Virus record (IMG/VR): IMGVR_UViG_3300049216_000067
Strand: one strand, 5' to 3'
DNA from: a virus
DNA: 64,000 bases
Positions 43,668 to 54,270 of the stretch are shown piece after piece. Both the position numbers and the translations under genes were made by a program. The notes under the pieces were generated by a model. That model did not search any database and was not told the DNA's origin. It worked only from the letters and a program-made list of their open reading frames with translations. How positions within the stretch are numbered: the first letter of the stretch is position 1; each line of letters begins with the position of its first letter.

Positions 43668-43973
43668 TTACCCCAAGAGCATTGATTTCGCTGGGGAATA
43701 TTGGAACCCAGCAAGTATTACGGATTTGACCGAATTGACCTTAAAGGATCTCCAATCATTTTCTTCAAGATCCCAGACCACAAATGTGGTTGCTTTTGCA
43801 TCAAGATCTGAAAGGTCCTCAGATTTGTCTGAAACGGTTTTTTCCGGAAGGTAGGCGTTCTGTAGGGTACACTTCATAAACCGCTCTGAGCCGTCCTGCT
43901 TCGTAAATACGACGGTTACCTGAGCATTGCGTAGGAGTTGACCGAGTTGAGAAGCGTTGATCTTGGTGGACAT
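43668..43973 (-). CDS. WYL-like/SH3 beta-barrel conserved T4-like protein
   Basis: VVFTKQDGSERFMKCTL...VWDLE..DWRSF. Confidence 0.75.
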   Translation of the reverse strand: MSTKINASQLGQLLRNAQVTVVFTKQDGSERFMKCTLQNAYLPEKTVSDKSEDLSDLDAKATTFVVWDLEENDWRSFKVNSVKSVILAGFQYSPAKSMLLG

Positions 43974-44002
43974 AGGATCTCCTTAATAAGTCACCCTATT
44001 AT

Positions 44003-44551
44003 CTACTTTGATTCCTTAATAGTAAAGGCGTATTTGATCAGGTACCAGGCGTCTATTATGTCAGATGTTGGATTGGTTCCTGGCTTTCCTAGAATTGATA
44101 AGTCCGCACCGGTTTCTTTGACGAAAGCTTCGTGCATTTGGATTTTATCAGCATTGCCTTTACCGGTAGCAAATTTTTTCAAGACTGTAGGTGGGACTAA
44201 AAATAATTTGTGATCAAGCGTCCATAGTTTGTGTTTTAGAAGTCCTGTATTTTCACCAATTTGAAACACCATTCCTTTCGAACCCATACTGTAATTTTCA
44301 ATGTAGGTTTCAGCATTGGCAGCTTCCTTGCTAGCAATCCTGATGAAATGGTTACTGATATTGTTGTGACGTTGCTCTGGTGTAAACCAATCAAAATGCT
44401 GAGATCCGATAATCTTACCGTTCAAGAACACATCTTCATGTTTTTTCTTGTCAGAAAGAAACCAGATCTTAGCATTGGCCCATGTGGCATCTGGAGCGAT
44501 GCACATTGCCGGTGAAGTCATAGAGTAATCGAAAGATATCTTATTCGTCAT
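44003..44551 (-). CDS. RuvC-like (RNase H fold) nuclease/resolvase
   Basis: DYSMTSPA, IENYSMG, IGENTG.LK, P..LKKFATGKGNADK, DIIDA; start ATG 44551. Confidence 0.8.
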   Translation of the reverse strand: MTNKISFDYSMTSPAMCIAPDATWANAKIWFLSDKKKHEDVFLNGKIIGSQHFDWFTPEQRHNNISNHFIRIASKEAANAETYIENYSMGSKGMVFQIGENTGLLKHKLWTLDHKLFLVPPTVLKKFATGKGNADKIQMHEAFVKETGADLSILGKPGTNPTSDIIDAWYLIKYAFTIKESK

Positions 44552-44735
44552 CGTCTGAACGATAACTATCAAATTCCTCGTCTTCGTCAGCGTTATCTGC
44601 CTCTTCAATTGTTTCACCACAGAATGCACAATGTGATGGGTCACCAGAGACACCATGCTTAGCAAACCTAATCGTGTATTCTGAGTCACAATTCTCACAG
44701 ATGATGCTGAGACTCTTTTTCTTTTCAATTGCCAT
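44541..44735 (-). CDS. Small zinc-ribbon protein
   Basis: CENC...CAFCG, acidic tail. Confidence 0.7.
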   Translation of the reverse strand: MAIEKKKSLSIICENCDSEYTIRFAKHGVSGDPSHCAFCGETIEEADNADEDEEFDSYRSDDDE

Positions 44736-44744
44736 AATTTATCC

Positions 44745-46676
44745 TTAAAGTTCGCAAACACCGCTTACACATGCAAGTGTTTTTGTATTTTCAGTATTGT
44801 CTTGCTCTTCTTTGAATTGCTTCCAATCAAAATTAACGTTTTGAGTAGCTAACAATTCATTGTACTTGGCTTCATCAATTTCCTCATACGGAGCCTGACG
44901 GTAAGTACCGGTGTCTCTTGGCAAGAATGAAACACCTGATAATCTATCAATATGTTTGTAAACCCAAGAACCAACTTCTAGCCATTCATCTTCACCAACA
45001 TATACGGTTATTGATGGCTTGTGTTCACACCAGTTGTCTTGAAAAACAAGCCAATGTTCAAGCTGCTGAATAGCAGTCATATCTTTAACAAATCTACTAC
45101 CTTCAGGTGCTTTCATTGGGAATGAAAATACCCATGAAGACTTGTTGTAGAAATCCTCTTCAGCCTTGTAACCGTTGTCCATCATGAACTGACCCAGTGG
45201 ATCGGTTTTTCCAAGTCTTACTCTACGTATATAGTACGGAGCGTAACGTGGGTGAATTCCAGATGCAGAATCAACCAGCTGAGAGACAGTGCCAGATGGC
45301 TTGACGCATGTAATAGCTGCTGAATGTTCGATATCCAAGTAATCAGCAAATTCAATGTTGGTCTTCACTGCTAATTCACGCAAATCTTTCAATGTCGGAG
45401 CAAGGTTTGCGTTGATTCGGCCTGTCAATCCAGCACCAGGAAACGGGCCATAATCATTACCATTCAATAAAGAATGATCCATGATGCCAGTCAAGCTAAC
45501 ACCCAACAATCTTTCTTCTTCGGTGTTCTTTTTCCACTTCTTGTTGATGTAGCGAAAGTCAGATACCGTACTCTGCAATGTTCCAAGGATCGTCGCCAAA
45601 CGCACCTTACGAGACAAGTCTTCTTTGGTGTCAGTTGCTCGAACAACCACTTCGGTCAAGTTACAAAACTGATATGGACGAAGAATGATTTCAGAACATG
45701 GGTTAGTACCGTAGTCTATATCCGGATCACGACGACCATACTGTGCAGCAATAAGCTGTGATGCCTTACGAGAAAAAATTCCTCGCTCACCAGAATGAGA
45801 ATTGTAAAGAGCCAACCATTCAGCCATGAACGTACCTATATCCGGCTTATCTTCATAGACTGCGCTGATATTGGCAAGTGCGCGCTGATTGTTATCGAGC
45901 CACCAGTTACCTGACTTGGATAGACGCATTTTATCGTCATTCAAATCAGTGAGGCTAATCAAAGCAGAACGACGGACACCACCGGACACGATTACATCAG
46001 CAACTTTACAGACAAGATCATGACACTCAATTGGCGTCAGTTTACGACCTTTAGCTTTGTTGAACAAAATGATCGCAAATTTCAAAAGATCCACTAATGG
46101 TTCTGGTCCGCTAGCTCTTCCTCCAAAAGTTTTGAGCCTAGCACCAGCTGGGCGCAAGAGACTGACATCCCATTTCGCAATCTTTCCAGAATATAGGAGT
46201 GATATAAATTCACGAAAGCCAGATGCCCATCCAAGTTTGGAGTCCTTAAAGACAACGGTGGTATCTGTTTCGTGGAGTTCATCTGGTACCTCAGGAAGTT
46301 TATTTGTGTAACGAGATTCAACACTAAATCCAACACCGCAACCACAGCTAAGCAAATACATGATTTCATCAAATGCTTTTTGACTATCGATTGGAAGGTA
46401 TGAGCAATTATAACCAGCAACTTGATCCTTCTCTAAAGCAGGACCAGCAGTCATCAAAGATCTCATAGATGGCATAACTTCAAGATTCAAAATAGCTGAA
46501 CGAAGTTCGTCCCATGGAATCTTTCTTGAACCTGTTTTGGTGCGAGCCTTAAAAAAATCTATGTAGCGATCTACAGTTTCTTCCCAGGTTTCTCTTCTTC
46601 CTAAATCGTCGCGGTAACGAGCGTAATGACCGACATGAATAAACTGTTGATAAATGGTAGGCAACTCAACCGCCAT
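44745..46676 (-). CDS. nrdJ: Class II (B12-dependent, monomeric-type) ribonucleotide reductase
   Basis: MPSMR, YNCS, GG.ASGP.PL, GGVRRSA, TNPCSEI, CNL.E, TCVKPSGT, C-terminal C..G.CE; no nrdB nearby. Confidence 0.9.
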   Translation of the reverse strand: MAVELPTIYQQFIHVGHYARYRDDLGRRETWEETVDRYIDFFKARTKTGSRKIPWDELRSAILNLEVMPSMRSLMTAGPALEKDQVAGYNCSYLPIDSQKAFDEIMYLLSCGCGVGFSVESRYTNKLPEVPDELHETDTTVVFKDSKLGWASGFREFISLLYSGKIAKWDVSLLRPAGARLKTFGGRASGPEPLVDLLKFAIILFNKAKGRKLTPIECHDLVCKVADVIVSGGVRRSALISLTDLNDDKMRLSKSGNWWLDNNQRALANISAVYEDKPDIGTFMAEWLALYNSHSGERGIFSRKASQLIAAQYGRRDPDIDYGTNPCSEIILRPYQFCNLTEVVVRATDTKEDLSRKVRLATILGTLQSTVSDFRYINKKWKKNTEEERLLGVSLTGIMDHSLLNGNDYGPFPGAGLTGRINANLAPTLKDLRELAVKTNIEFADYLDIEHSAAITCVKPSGTVSQLVDSASGIHPRYAPYYIRRVRLGKTDPLGQFMMDNGYKAEEDFYNKSSWVFSFPMKAPEGSRFVKDMTAIQQLEHWLVFQDNWCEHKPSITVYVGEDEWLEVGSWVYKHIDRLSGVSFLPRDTGTYRQAPYEEIDEAKYNELLATQNVNFDWKQFKEEQDNTENTKTLACVSGVCEL

Positions 46677-46739
46677 GATTGTTCCTTTGTATTGTTTTGG
46701 TGATGGTTATATAGGTGCGTGAAAAAATTAAGATGGAAG

Positions 46740-47438
46740 TTATTGATTCCTCAACTCATCGAACGCAGCTATCGTAACTGGAACAATTGGCTTAATTAAT
46801 TCTTTCATAGCTTGAGCATAAACTCTCACTTCATGTTGGGCATGATCGTGATCACGAAGAACGATAAAATTGTTTAATAGATTATGAAGATTTACAGTAG
46901 CAAACATTTTTGAATAAGAATTCACAGGGAGAACACCACGAGCTAACTCACGAGGAATGCCTCTATCGATCATACCTTTGTATGCTACAAAAGCTGCATT
47001 ACATTGAGTATCAATCATAATCCTAGCCATTTCAGCAAATGGGTTTTGTTCATTTGTACGCATTTGTTTGTTAGATGATGATTGTGTAGTGATCTGCTCC
47101 AATTCAGGAACATAGTAACCCATATCTAATTCAGTGTATCGGGCACTGACTTCATTGTATGACCATGTGCGATGACGATGCCATTGTCTAAACACAAAAA
47201 TTGGTGCCTTTACTTCGAACGTAAATGTCACAGATTCAAAAGGAGATGTATGGTGGTTCTTCATCAAATAATGAATCAGCTTAGCATCTTTACCAATAGC
47301 TTCATCACCTTCAGGTTCACGCCAATCAGCGTCGTATGATACGCGAGCAGAACGAACTATAGATAAATCATTACCCATGTGATCAACTAAACGAACGTAA
47401 CCGCCATTCAATACTTCAATTTTGTCTTGCATCTTCAT
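46740..47438 (-). CDS. thyX: Flavin-dependent thymidylate synthase
   Basis: H.SPFE, RQWHRHRTWSYNEVSARY, ARGVLP, HAQ.EVR. Confidence 0.95.
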   Translation of the reverse strand: MKMQDKIEVLNGGYVRLVDHMGNDLSIVRSARVSYDADWREPEGDEAIGKDAKLIHYLMKNHHTSPFESVTFTFEVKAPIFVFRQWHRHRTWSYNEVSARYTELDMGYYVPELEQITTQSSSNKQMRTNEQNPFAEMARIMIDTQCNAAFVAYKGMIDRGIPRELARGVLPVNSYSKMFATVNLHNLLNNFIVLRDHDHAQHEVRVYAQAMKELIKPIVPVTIAAFDELRNQ

Positions 47439-47441
47439 TCC

Positions 47442-48179
47442 TTATAATCTTTCGGCATCAATAAAAACATAATTGATGTAGGTGTTAGCTATAAACAAGT
47501 AACCAGTACTCTCCATAATTTGCCTTATTTTTAAGCCATTTCCAGGTTTTATAGTCTCACTGACTTCGATCTGAATTATGAATGGCCTATAAGCATTATA
47601 GTTTATCGCAGCCAAAATTTCTACGTCTGGACCTTCAACATCTATCGACAGATAGAACAATTGATACCTGTTATTAGCCATTTCCATAATTTCATTAATG
47701 TTAACGGCTTTCACTCTTCTTTCAAAAGATTTCAAACCCTTGTTCATGAATCTTTGTATAAAATCTGGATCTGTACTAGATAACTCATTAGCTTCATCAC
47801 AAATAACCATATCCATGTGAGTAGAATCATCAGCAACACATGCTGCTTCGACAACCGTATCACCTTCTCTGAATTTTCTTAAATCAGCAGCAAGTTTAGG
47901 ATTAGGTTCGACTAAAATTCCACGAGAACCGTATTTCTGTCTTATAAGATAAGTTGAACTAGTTGCTATAGGATGATTTGCACCTATCTCCACATAACCA
48001 AAACTCAGTGGGCCGCTTCTCATGGCATAAGCATCTAACAAAGACATCACGATTATATCCTCGTATTTTTGCGAATACGTAGTATGCAACCACGGTGTAA
48101 TAGTTGGAGCAACTTGCTGAAGATTTTCTACTTCTTCATAAACAAAGGGATTGACTATTTGTTTTAGCATTTTTTCCAA
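47442..48179 (-). CDS. FkbM-family methyltransferase
   Basis: YSQ..ED, YVEIGANHP...S.T, VEPN, LSIDVEG. Confidence 0.85.
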   Translation of the reverse strand: MEKMLKQIVNPFVYEEVENLQQVAPTITPWLHTTYSQKYEDIIVMSLLDAYAMRSGPLSFGYVEIGANHPIATSSTYLIRQKYGSRGILVEPNPKLAADLRKFREGDTVVEAACVADDSTHMDMVICDEANELSSTDPDFIQRFMNKGLKSFERRVKAVNINEIMEMANNRYQLFYLSIDVEGPDVEILAAINYNAYRPFIIQIEVSETIKPGNGLKIRQIMESTGYLFIANTYINYVFIDAERL

Positions 48180-49210
48180 GAACTCATTTTTAATTGAGCT
48201 TCTAATCCTCTAAAAGTGTTTTCATCAATCATTTCTTGAATTTGTAAAGTAGTCATTCCAGAAAGAAATGCTTCATTGATATCTTTGCCTGGAAACGATT
48301 CAGGTAAAAGACACACATCAAAACCTTCGTCAATTGAATCTTCAATGATATTAACCAATTGTTTGTTACGTGGCTCTTTATCGAATACCAACACCGGATA
48401 AACACCAAAAGTTTCGTATACCCATTTAGCTGTACCATTCAAATTAGAGTCACCAGAAGCAATTGCGTTAGGCAAAAACATACTATCGAACTCGCCTTCG
48501 GTAAGATAAACTTTCTTCCCAAAATCAACTCGATTTATATTAAATACCTTACGATATTCGGCAACTTTTACTTTAAGGTATCTCTGTTTTGGATCGGCCT
48601 GAAATGAGCGTCCACACACGTTCACAATGTATCCTGCCCTATCAGTGTAGAAAAATACAACACGAGGATCATTTTCTTTTATTTTATCTTTGCCGTGCCA
48701 TGGAAAAGTTTCATCCAAAAACATTTTGAAATCATCAGCAAAGAAAATCTCTTCCCAAAATTCAACTGGAATTTGACGAGCCGCGATGTAGGCACGAGCA
48801 AAATGATCTTCAGGAAGATCCACTATTCTAGGAAGATCAATATGATGTAATCCAACTGGATTGTGATCTAATTTCAATTCTTCTGTTGGTTCAGAGACAG
48901 GAGTTTGCCCAACTACATTATATTTACCATCTGCTTCAAATTTTTCCATGACGTAATCTTTGTACATCAATGGATCTAGAAATTTTAGAAAATTGTGAAA
49001 GTTGGTACTGACGTTACAGTTCCAACATTTGTACCCATACCCGTTATAGTCCTGAGCCTTGAATACGTAGCCGCGAGCCTTCAACGCATTTTTCTTAGAA
49101 TCACCACAAAACGGACAACGAAAGTTGTATAGGTCTGTAGATTTTTCTTTGAAAAGTTGAAGTCTTGCAGAAGTTAAAAGCAGGTATTTACGATCAAGAT
49201 ATAGGCTCAT
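48164..49210 (-). CDS. gp61: DNA primase gp61
   Basis: NFRCPFCGDS.K...KARG, C.NC, EGEFDSMFLPNAIA, D.EPRN, KDINE. Confidence 0.93.
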   Translation of the reverse strand: MSLYLDRKYLLLTSARLQLFKEKSTDLYNFRCPFCGDSKKNALKARGYVFKAQDYNGYGYKCWNCNVSTNFHNFLKFLDPLMYKDYVMEKFEADGKYNVVGQTPVSEPTEELKLDHNPVGLHHIDLPRIVDLPEDHFARAYIAARQIPVEFWEEIFFADDFKMFLDETFPWHGKDKIKENDPRVVFFYTDRAGYIVNVCGRSFQADPKQRYLKVKVAEYRKVFNINRVDFGKKVYLTEGEFDSMFLPNAIASGDSNLNGTAKWVYETFGVYPVLVFDKEPRNKQLVNIIEDSIDEGFDVCLLPESFPGKDINEAFLSGMTTLQIQEMIDENTFRGLEAQLKMSSWKKC

Positions 49211-49245
49211 CACAACATGATATGATAAATTTCTTTAATACTCAA

Positions 49246-49761
49246 TTAGCCGTTGGCAGTTATACCTAACAATGATGTCAGCAATCCCCATTTGTGGAAC
49301 ATCAAACCACCAAGGATAGCCGTTGCAAAAGCAATGTATTTCCAATTGTCCACAAGAAATTTAAAGACTTTGAACTTTCCATCATCTTTAGGATCTACTA
49401 TTTCAGGTTTTGGTGCGCTTGCCTGAATTTCAACAATAAGATCTTTCTTAAGTTCCTCTAGGAACTCCCTACGTTTCTCGTCCTGGTTATCGATTTTCTC
49501 TTCAATTTCAACCATGAAATTATCAAGCTTTTGGTTGATATCTTTAAGAGATTGTTCGACATTCATGTTTATTTTTTCCTGTGTCCTTAAGCGGTCCTCA
49601 TAGATAATGATATTACGATTCAATGCCTCGATATGGGTTTCTGCCCTATCGATTACATCTTCCATTTTTTCCAATGATTTGGTTTGAATGGAACTATCTT
49701 TGCTTAGAACAGCAACACCTGTCTCCAAAGTATGAATGCGTTCTAGTTCATTACTTGGCAT
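49246..49761 (-). CDS. Coiled-coil protein with C-terminal TM helix (lysis-associated?)
   Basis: Follows the spanins; long heptad region then NWKYIAFATAILGG. Confidence 0.6.
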   Translation of the reverse strand: MPSNELERIHTLETGVAVLSKDSSIQTKSLEKMEDVIDRAETHIEALNRNIIIYEDRLRTQEKINMNVEQSLKDINQKLDNFMVEIEEKIDNQDEKRREFLEELKKDLIVEIQASAPKPEIVDPKDDGKFKVFKFLVDNWKYIAFATAILGGLMFHKWGLLTSLLGITANG

Positions 49762-49930
49762 TAGGGTCACCAGGTTTTTTAATAGTTTGTAGATCTGGTA
49801 ATGGTGCTAACAAATTGGCAGGAGCCGTTGGCATCGTATACACAGGGACAAGTTTAGTTGTCTGACAACCTGTGATAGAACTCAAAAACAAGATTGAAAA
49901 AACCATCCAGTAAAAAATACGACCTTTCAT
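49751..49930 (-). CDS. o-spanin (Rz1-like lipoprotein)
   Basis: Manual: MKGRIFYWMVFSILFLSSITG-CQTTKLVPVYTMPTAPANLLAPLPDL; lipobox followed by a Pro-rich segment. Confidence 0.78.
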   Translation of the reverse strand: MKGRIFYWMVFSILFLSSITGCQTTKLVPVYTMPTAPANLLAPLPDLQTIKKPGDPNAK

Positions 49931-49931
49931 T

Positions 49932-50498
49932 TTATTTGTCCTTCTTGTTCTGTGCAGCTACAGCGGCTTGTTGTTTCGTGTACCAATCCTGCCAGCCTTG
50001 TGCGACTGCTTTGTATTGAAGACAGATACCATAGTTGGCATTATCGACGTTCAACGCATCAACAGCTGAAACTCCAGAAGGTGTTGTGTTAGCAGCTGCC
50101 GTTGGATCAATGTTTAGACCTTGAACGGATGAATTGAACGAACTAACCCAACCTTCGCTAAGGATAGTCTTGATATCTGGAACATTCTTAGTAATAACAT
50201 CGGAATTGTCATGAACCACTTTAGTGATCACTTTGACTCTATCCACGTATTGAATTTGTACTTTAGTGTTTACGCCAGTTGATATCTCATGTAATTCAGC
50301 ATCGTCCTTGTTCTTTTGAACGATGTAAGCGTTAATCTCTTTTTGTGCTTCAGCTTCAACCTTGTTATGAAACCAAATTTTACCCCAAAGTAGCAAACCA
50401 CCCAATAGGATAACTCCAGCACCGATCAAATAGTAGGATGGGATCAGTTTGATAGCTGCGCCAAAACCGTCCTTAAGAAGCGTAGTTAAGATACTCAT
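49932..50498 (-). CDS. i-spanin (Rz-like)
   Basis: N-terminal TM helix, periplasmic helical region, QYVDRVKVI, NYGIC...WQDW. Confidence 0.75.
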   Translation of the reverse strand: MSILTTLLKDGFGAAIKLIPSYYLIGAGVILLGGLLLWGKIWFHNKVEAEAQKEINAYIVQKNKDDAELHEISTGVNTKVQIQYVDRVKVITKVVHDNSDVITKNVPDIKTILSEGWVSSFNSSVQGLNIDPTAAANTTPSGVSAVDALNVDNANYGICLQYKAVAQGWQDWYTKQQAAVAAQNKKDK

Positions 50499-50779
50499 GT
50501 CTTCTCCGTACCAGAAGTGACCTGATCACCACCATTTGATAATGGTTGCTCTGTCGTTTCTTTAATTTTAATAGATGCGCCACCACCGGCAAGAATGCCA
50601 CCAAATGCCATACCAAAATTGATCATGTTGAATGATGATGGTAATAAAATTGTGGTGTAAATGACTAGCCCAAAGAATAGGAGCGTGCCCATAACCCACA
50701 AAATGCGGGCAGGATCGAATGATATACCGTCTTTTTCGGTAACAATATCTTTAATAACACGCTTGGATAAACGAAACAT
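50495..50779 (-). CDS. Holin-like two-TM protein
   Basis: Two TM helices; between endolysin and spanins. Confidence 0.6.
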   Translation of the reverse strand: MFRLSKRVIKDIVTEKDGISFDPARILWVMGTLLFFGLVIYTTILLPSSFNMINFGMAFGGILAGGGASIKIKETTEQPLSNGGDQVTSGTEKT

Positions 50780-50818
50780 GACAACTCCTAATCTAGGAGT
50801 TATTTAGGGTCCCGTAAC

Positions 50819-51298
50819 TTACTGACCCAGAACGTAATGGTTGTACTTTGCTATGAAAGTATCGTGGGTAGCAGCGCCTTGTGGGGTGTTATACCATTGT
50901 TTATAGTATGCCCAAATAGCTTCTATGTTGTTTGCATCCGGCAATGCGCCAGGTTTACGTGCGTAATGGATACGAGCCATACAAACACTATATGGATCAT
51001 TATAGATCATGTCGTCAGCTGTGCCTTGATGCCCACCATTATAGTTCTTGATTTGAAAAGCAAGAGTTGCGTGATAAGCAAGGTAATTTGTCCAAATATC
51101 GTTAAAATCTTCAGCTTCCATTTGAAAGATTCCACGAGCCGGTCCACCACCACCCTGAACGCGATACATGCCAAAATTACTTTCATTAGCACAAGTAGCT
51201 AACAAAAGTTCTTCGGCGTTAGGTGAATATAAACCGATTGGCGTAAGAGTTGATTGAATTAATGAGCGTAGATTAGCTACGACTAATGGGCTATTCAT
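50819..51298 (-). CDS. Endolysin (lysozyme-like/transglycosylase fold)
   Basis: T.A.ES..G...Q..GGPARGIFQME, ARIHY, YYK..YNT..GA. Confidence 0.75.
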   Translation of the reverse strand: MNSPLVVANLRSLIQSTLTPIGLYSPNAEELLLATCANESNFGMYRVQGGGGPARGIFQMEAEDFNDIWTNYLAYHATLAFQIKNYNGGHQGTADDMIYNDPYSVCMARIHYARKPGALPDANNIEAIWAYYKQWYNTPQGAATHDTFIAKYNHYVLGQ

Positions 51299-51783
51299 TT
51301 CTTGTAACGCTCAAGAGAATTTTTCTTAATTTTCTTTTTGATCTGAAAAGCATAATTAGTTGTTGCGTCTGCTGGTGCAACACCGGCTACTGCGCCACCA
51401 CCTACTGACATAGCAACATTTTCTTTGACATTTGTTTTCTTAGCATTGTATGAAAAATAATCATCACCACCGCCCTTGTTCTTAGGGTCTAGTTTGTGCT
51501 GCATTTTAGACTTTACTGTGTTTTGTAATTGACGATTTGCTGAATATTCAGACTCTTTACCTTCACCAATACCAGTTGGAGATGGTCCAGTAGTGTGTCC
51601 GTGGACTACACTAGGGCGGCGAGAAGAATTTGGACGAGTGACAGTCTTTTGCTTACCGACACCAGCTACACCACCAATGGTAGGTCCACCGGCTTGAGTA
51701 TTTTGTGCTTTCTGTTTATTAGAAACAGGAGAGGAATTCTTACTGGCTGTCTTGCCTAGAATCTTTTGCTTTATTTCGGTCAT
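51295..51783 (-). CDS. Low-complexity basic late protein
   Basis: Lys/Gly-rich; VKEN followed by MSVGGGAVAG. Confidence 0.6.
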   Translation of the reverse strand: MTEIKQKILGKTASKNSSPVSNKQKAQNTQAGGPTIGGVAGVGKQKTVTRPNSSRRPSVVHGHTTGPSPTGIGEGKESEYSANRQLQNTVKSKMQHKLDPKNKGGGDDYFSYNAKKTNVKENVAMSVGGGAVAGVAPADATTNYAFQIKKKIKKNSLERYKK

Positions 51784-52171
51784 TGTTTAATGCTCTTAAA
51801 ATTTCAACTACTTTCTGATCCAACCCTATGGTGTCCGTTTCAATGGTCAATCCGCGAACACCTTGGATCTGCTTAGGTAGCAAATTCAAAAACAACAAAA
51901 AAGGCTTAATGACCTGCCAATCTTTTTGATCTAACTTCAACCAAAGTAATTTGGATGATGCTTCGATCCCAAAAACATTATAAAATATAATCAAATGATT
52001 CAACAAAAGTCGTTCTTTCAACAAACCTGTTGAATGATACTTAGTCAACAATCGCTTGATGTACAAAATTCTATTCAAATCTTCATCAAACTCAGCTTGT
52101 ATAGCAAACGGTTTTTCGTAAGCTTTAGCTGCATAAAGAATGTAATTCTCGTCAGTCAAGTCATTGATCAT
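51740..52171 (-). CDS. Conserved T4-like hypothetical protein
   Basis: L..ENY.LYA.K.Y..P....EF.EDL.R..YIKRLL..Y...G.LKERL.LNH.I..YNVFG. Confidence 0.8.
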   Translation of the reverse strand: MINDLTDENYILYAAKAYEKPFAIQAEFDEDLNRILYIKRLLTKYHSTGLLKERLLLNHLIIFYNVFGIEASSKLLWLKLDQKDWQVIKPFLLFLNLLPKQIQGVRGLTIETDTIGLDQKVVEILRALNNDRNKAKDSRQDSQ

Positions 52172-52183
52172 ATAAAATTCAAC

Positions 52184-52711
52184 TTAAACGTCTGGTGGAC
52201 CATCATCTAAACCACGTTCACCTTTGGTCTTACGAGCTATAACTTGAGCCGGTGTTTCATCAGGAATTTCTGGATACTCTCGATCATCAGCAATTTCCAT
52301 GACTTCAGACAACTCATCTTCGTTGACTAACTGTGCATAACATTCAAACAAACCTTCAAAATCTTTATCGCAAACCATGTACAAATAAATGTCACTGATA
52401 TCACCATGCGCGTCCTCGACATGAAATATGTATTCACCATCAAAAGGTGCTGCATACATGTCAGGAGCAAGAGGATTAGTAACACCGGCTAAAATAGCTG
52501 GACCCTCTTCTGGGGTCATGCCGTTTTTACCTTCAATGTCAATATGAGGAAGAGTAATACCGTGAAGATCTAGAGCGCCGCGAACAGCTTGAACAAAAAG
52601 AATCGGAGCGACAAAACGCTTAGCAGTAATGTCGTCAAGCAAAGTGTTCAATCTATGAACATCTGTTGTCTCGTCATAAAATTCTGGTTGACTATTTACA
52701 AACTCTGTCAT
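52184..52711 (-). CDS. Acidic hypothetical protein
   Basis: Packed ORF. Confidence 0.65.
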   Translation of the reverse strand: MTEFVNSQPEFYDETTDVHRLNTLLDDITAKRFVAPILFVQAVRGALDLHGITLPHIDIEGKNGMTPEEGPAILAGVTNPLAPDMYAAPFDGEYIFHVEDAHGDISDIYLYMVCDKDFEGLFECYAQLVNEDELSEVMEIADDREYPEIPDETPAQVIARKTKGERGLDDGPPDV

Positions 52712-53223
52712 TTCGTATATCCAATTTCCTCAAGCTGTCTAATCGTATCTTTTGCGCTAATGTGAAGGACTCCGATTCCACCAGCTTTGATCCATTCTTC
52801 GATGTTTTTATCCTTATCGTCAATTAAAACATTGGGATACATCGTTGTCTTATTTAGGGCAAACTTTTGCTTCTCGACACGAGCCACGACATGAAACCTA
52901 TTGTCAGGAACCATCATGTGAGTCTTGTTCCAAATCTTTTTTCCTTTAATAGCAACCTCAATAGCAGATTTACCCCATTGAGGGTATGCCGTCAAAATAT
53001 GAGGGTTCCAATATTTGACGAAACCCCACAATTCATCATAGTCCTGCATAGGTTCAAGCTGAGACCAAAATTCAACTGTGTCACATGCTTCAGAATAAGC
53101 TTGATTTCTCTTATTCTGCCCAAAATCTTCAAATTCCTTTCCGTCGATGTCGTAACCGATTCGCCTGGAAGCTTCCTTATGAAAATCCACTAACACACCA
53201 TCCATATCCACATACAAAATCAT
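52708..53223 (-). CDS. HAD 5'(3')-deoxyribonucleotidase
   Basis: YVDMDGVLVDF, ILT, K..W, LIDD...NI.EW..AGG.G. Confidence 0.88.
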   Translation of the reverse strand: MILYVDMDGVLVDFHKEASRRIGYDIDGKEFEDFGQNKRNQAYSEACDTVEFWSQLEPMQDYDELWGFVKYWNPHILTAYPQWGKSAIEVAIKGKKIWNKTHMMVPDNRFHVVARVEKQKFALNKTTMYPNVLIDDKDKNIEEWIKAGGIGVLHISAKDTIRQLEEIGYTK

Positions 53224-53234
53224 AATATAACCTC

Positions 53235-54113
53235 TTATTTCTTACGGTCTCCGCTTGGAGTCGTCTTATTCCAATTTTTATCTTTCTCACCAATAACAGG
53301 TTCAGTGATAATCCTATGCGCTGGCTTTCCAGTAGCCGTTGTACCGCGAACCTTGCCAAGGTACTTACGAGCAACCTTTCCGGTTCCTGGGCCTTTAGCG
53401 TTCGTTCCACGGACCTTCTTGGCTTCATTGTTGCCGTCAACATCTTCCTTTTCACCGACCTTCAATTCTTCTTTCACAGGAACGCAATTAGGTACCTTCT
53501 TGCCGTTCTTTTCCTTTTCACCAACTTGCTTATACCCTTTCCAACAAGGGTCTTGTTCGTTGATGAATTCTTCGAAAATTGAATCTAAGTCACTAAGCGA
53601 CATTATAACATCACTTTCATAAGTCGTGCTAGCATTAGGTATAGTATCTCTACGTAACTTCTTGTTCATATTGGTTTTCTTTGTTCCTGCTGGGACTGGA
53701 AGTGACTGAGCATAATTGTTATTTCCAGTGTTTGGTGCTCCACCGTCGTAGGCTTCTGCCTGTGGCTTCAACAATGAATTACCACCTGAGTTCTTCATAC
53801 GACGCTTTAAACCTTTAACAGTGTTATCCAACTTCACCTTAGGATCTTTGATCTTTTTCATGTCTGCACGATGATTGGTCATCAAATCGTCAGACGATTC
53901 TTTAAGTCTACCATTATCAGGTGCTGAACCGGGATAGGTAGTCCTATCACCAGGAGTCACTTTTGGCTTGGGAAAAGGTACCCTGACTGTTTTGTTTAGA
54001 CCACGAAAATCCTTTCCCTCAGCAGAGAATGATTTTACATTGTCAAGATCAGTCGTTTGGTCTTTAATTGCTTGACCACGAATGTCAGCTAATTTTTTAG
54101 GTGTTGTTGGCAT
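53235..54113 (-). CDS. Putative internal head protein
   Basis: DPCWKGYKQVG.K.K.GK.VPNCVPV motif and repeated (L/V/I)xE sites. Confidence 0.6.
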   Translation of the reverse strand: MPTTPKKLADIRGQAIKDQTTDLDNVKSFSAEGKDFRGLNKTVRVPFPKPKVTPGDRTTYPGSAPDNGRLKESSDDLMTNHRADMKKIKDPKVKLDNTVKGLKRRMKNSGGNSLLKPQAEAYDGGAPNTGNNNYAQSLPVPAGTKKTNMNKKLRRDTIPNASTTYESDVIMSLSDLDSIFEEFINEQDPCWKGYKQVGEKEKNGKKVPNCVPVKEELKVGEKEDVDGNNEAKKVRGTNAKGPGTGKVARKYLGKVRGTTATGKPAHRIITEPVIGEKDKNWNKTTPSGDRKK

Positions 54114-54270
54114 TCTTCTTCTGGCGAATTTGTTCTTCTACAGCCTTAAGGTTACGAACCAATGGTGTATTACGATTCAATCCACCTGGATCGATTGCAT
54201 TGACACGTTGTACGTCATGAACCAACCTGTTGTGGTACGCTTCTAGTTCTTGGAGTGTTTTTTCGGTCAT
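54097..54270 (-). CDS. Small hypothetical protein (57 aa)
   Basis: Manual: MTEKTLQELEAYHNRLVHDV...; AGGA SD. Confidence 0.55.
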   Translation of the reverse strand: MTEKTLQELEAYHNRLVHDVQRVNAIDPGGLNRNTPLVRNLKAVEEQIRQKKNANNT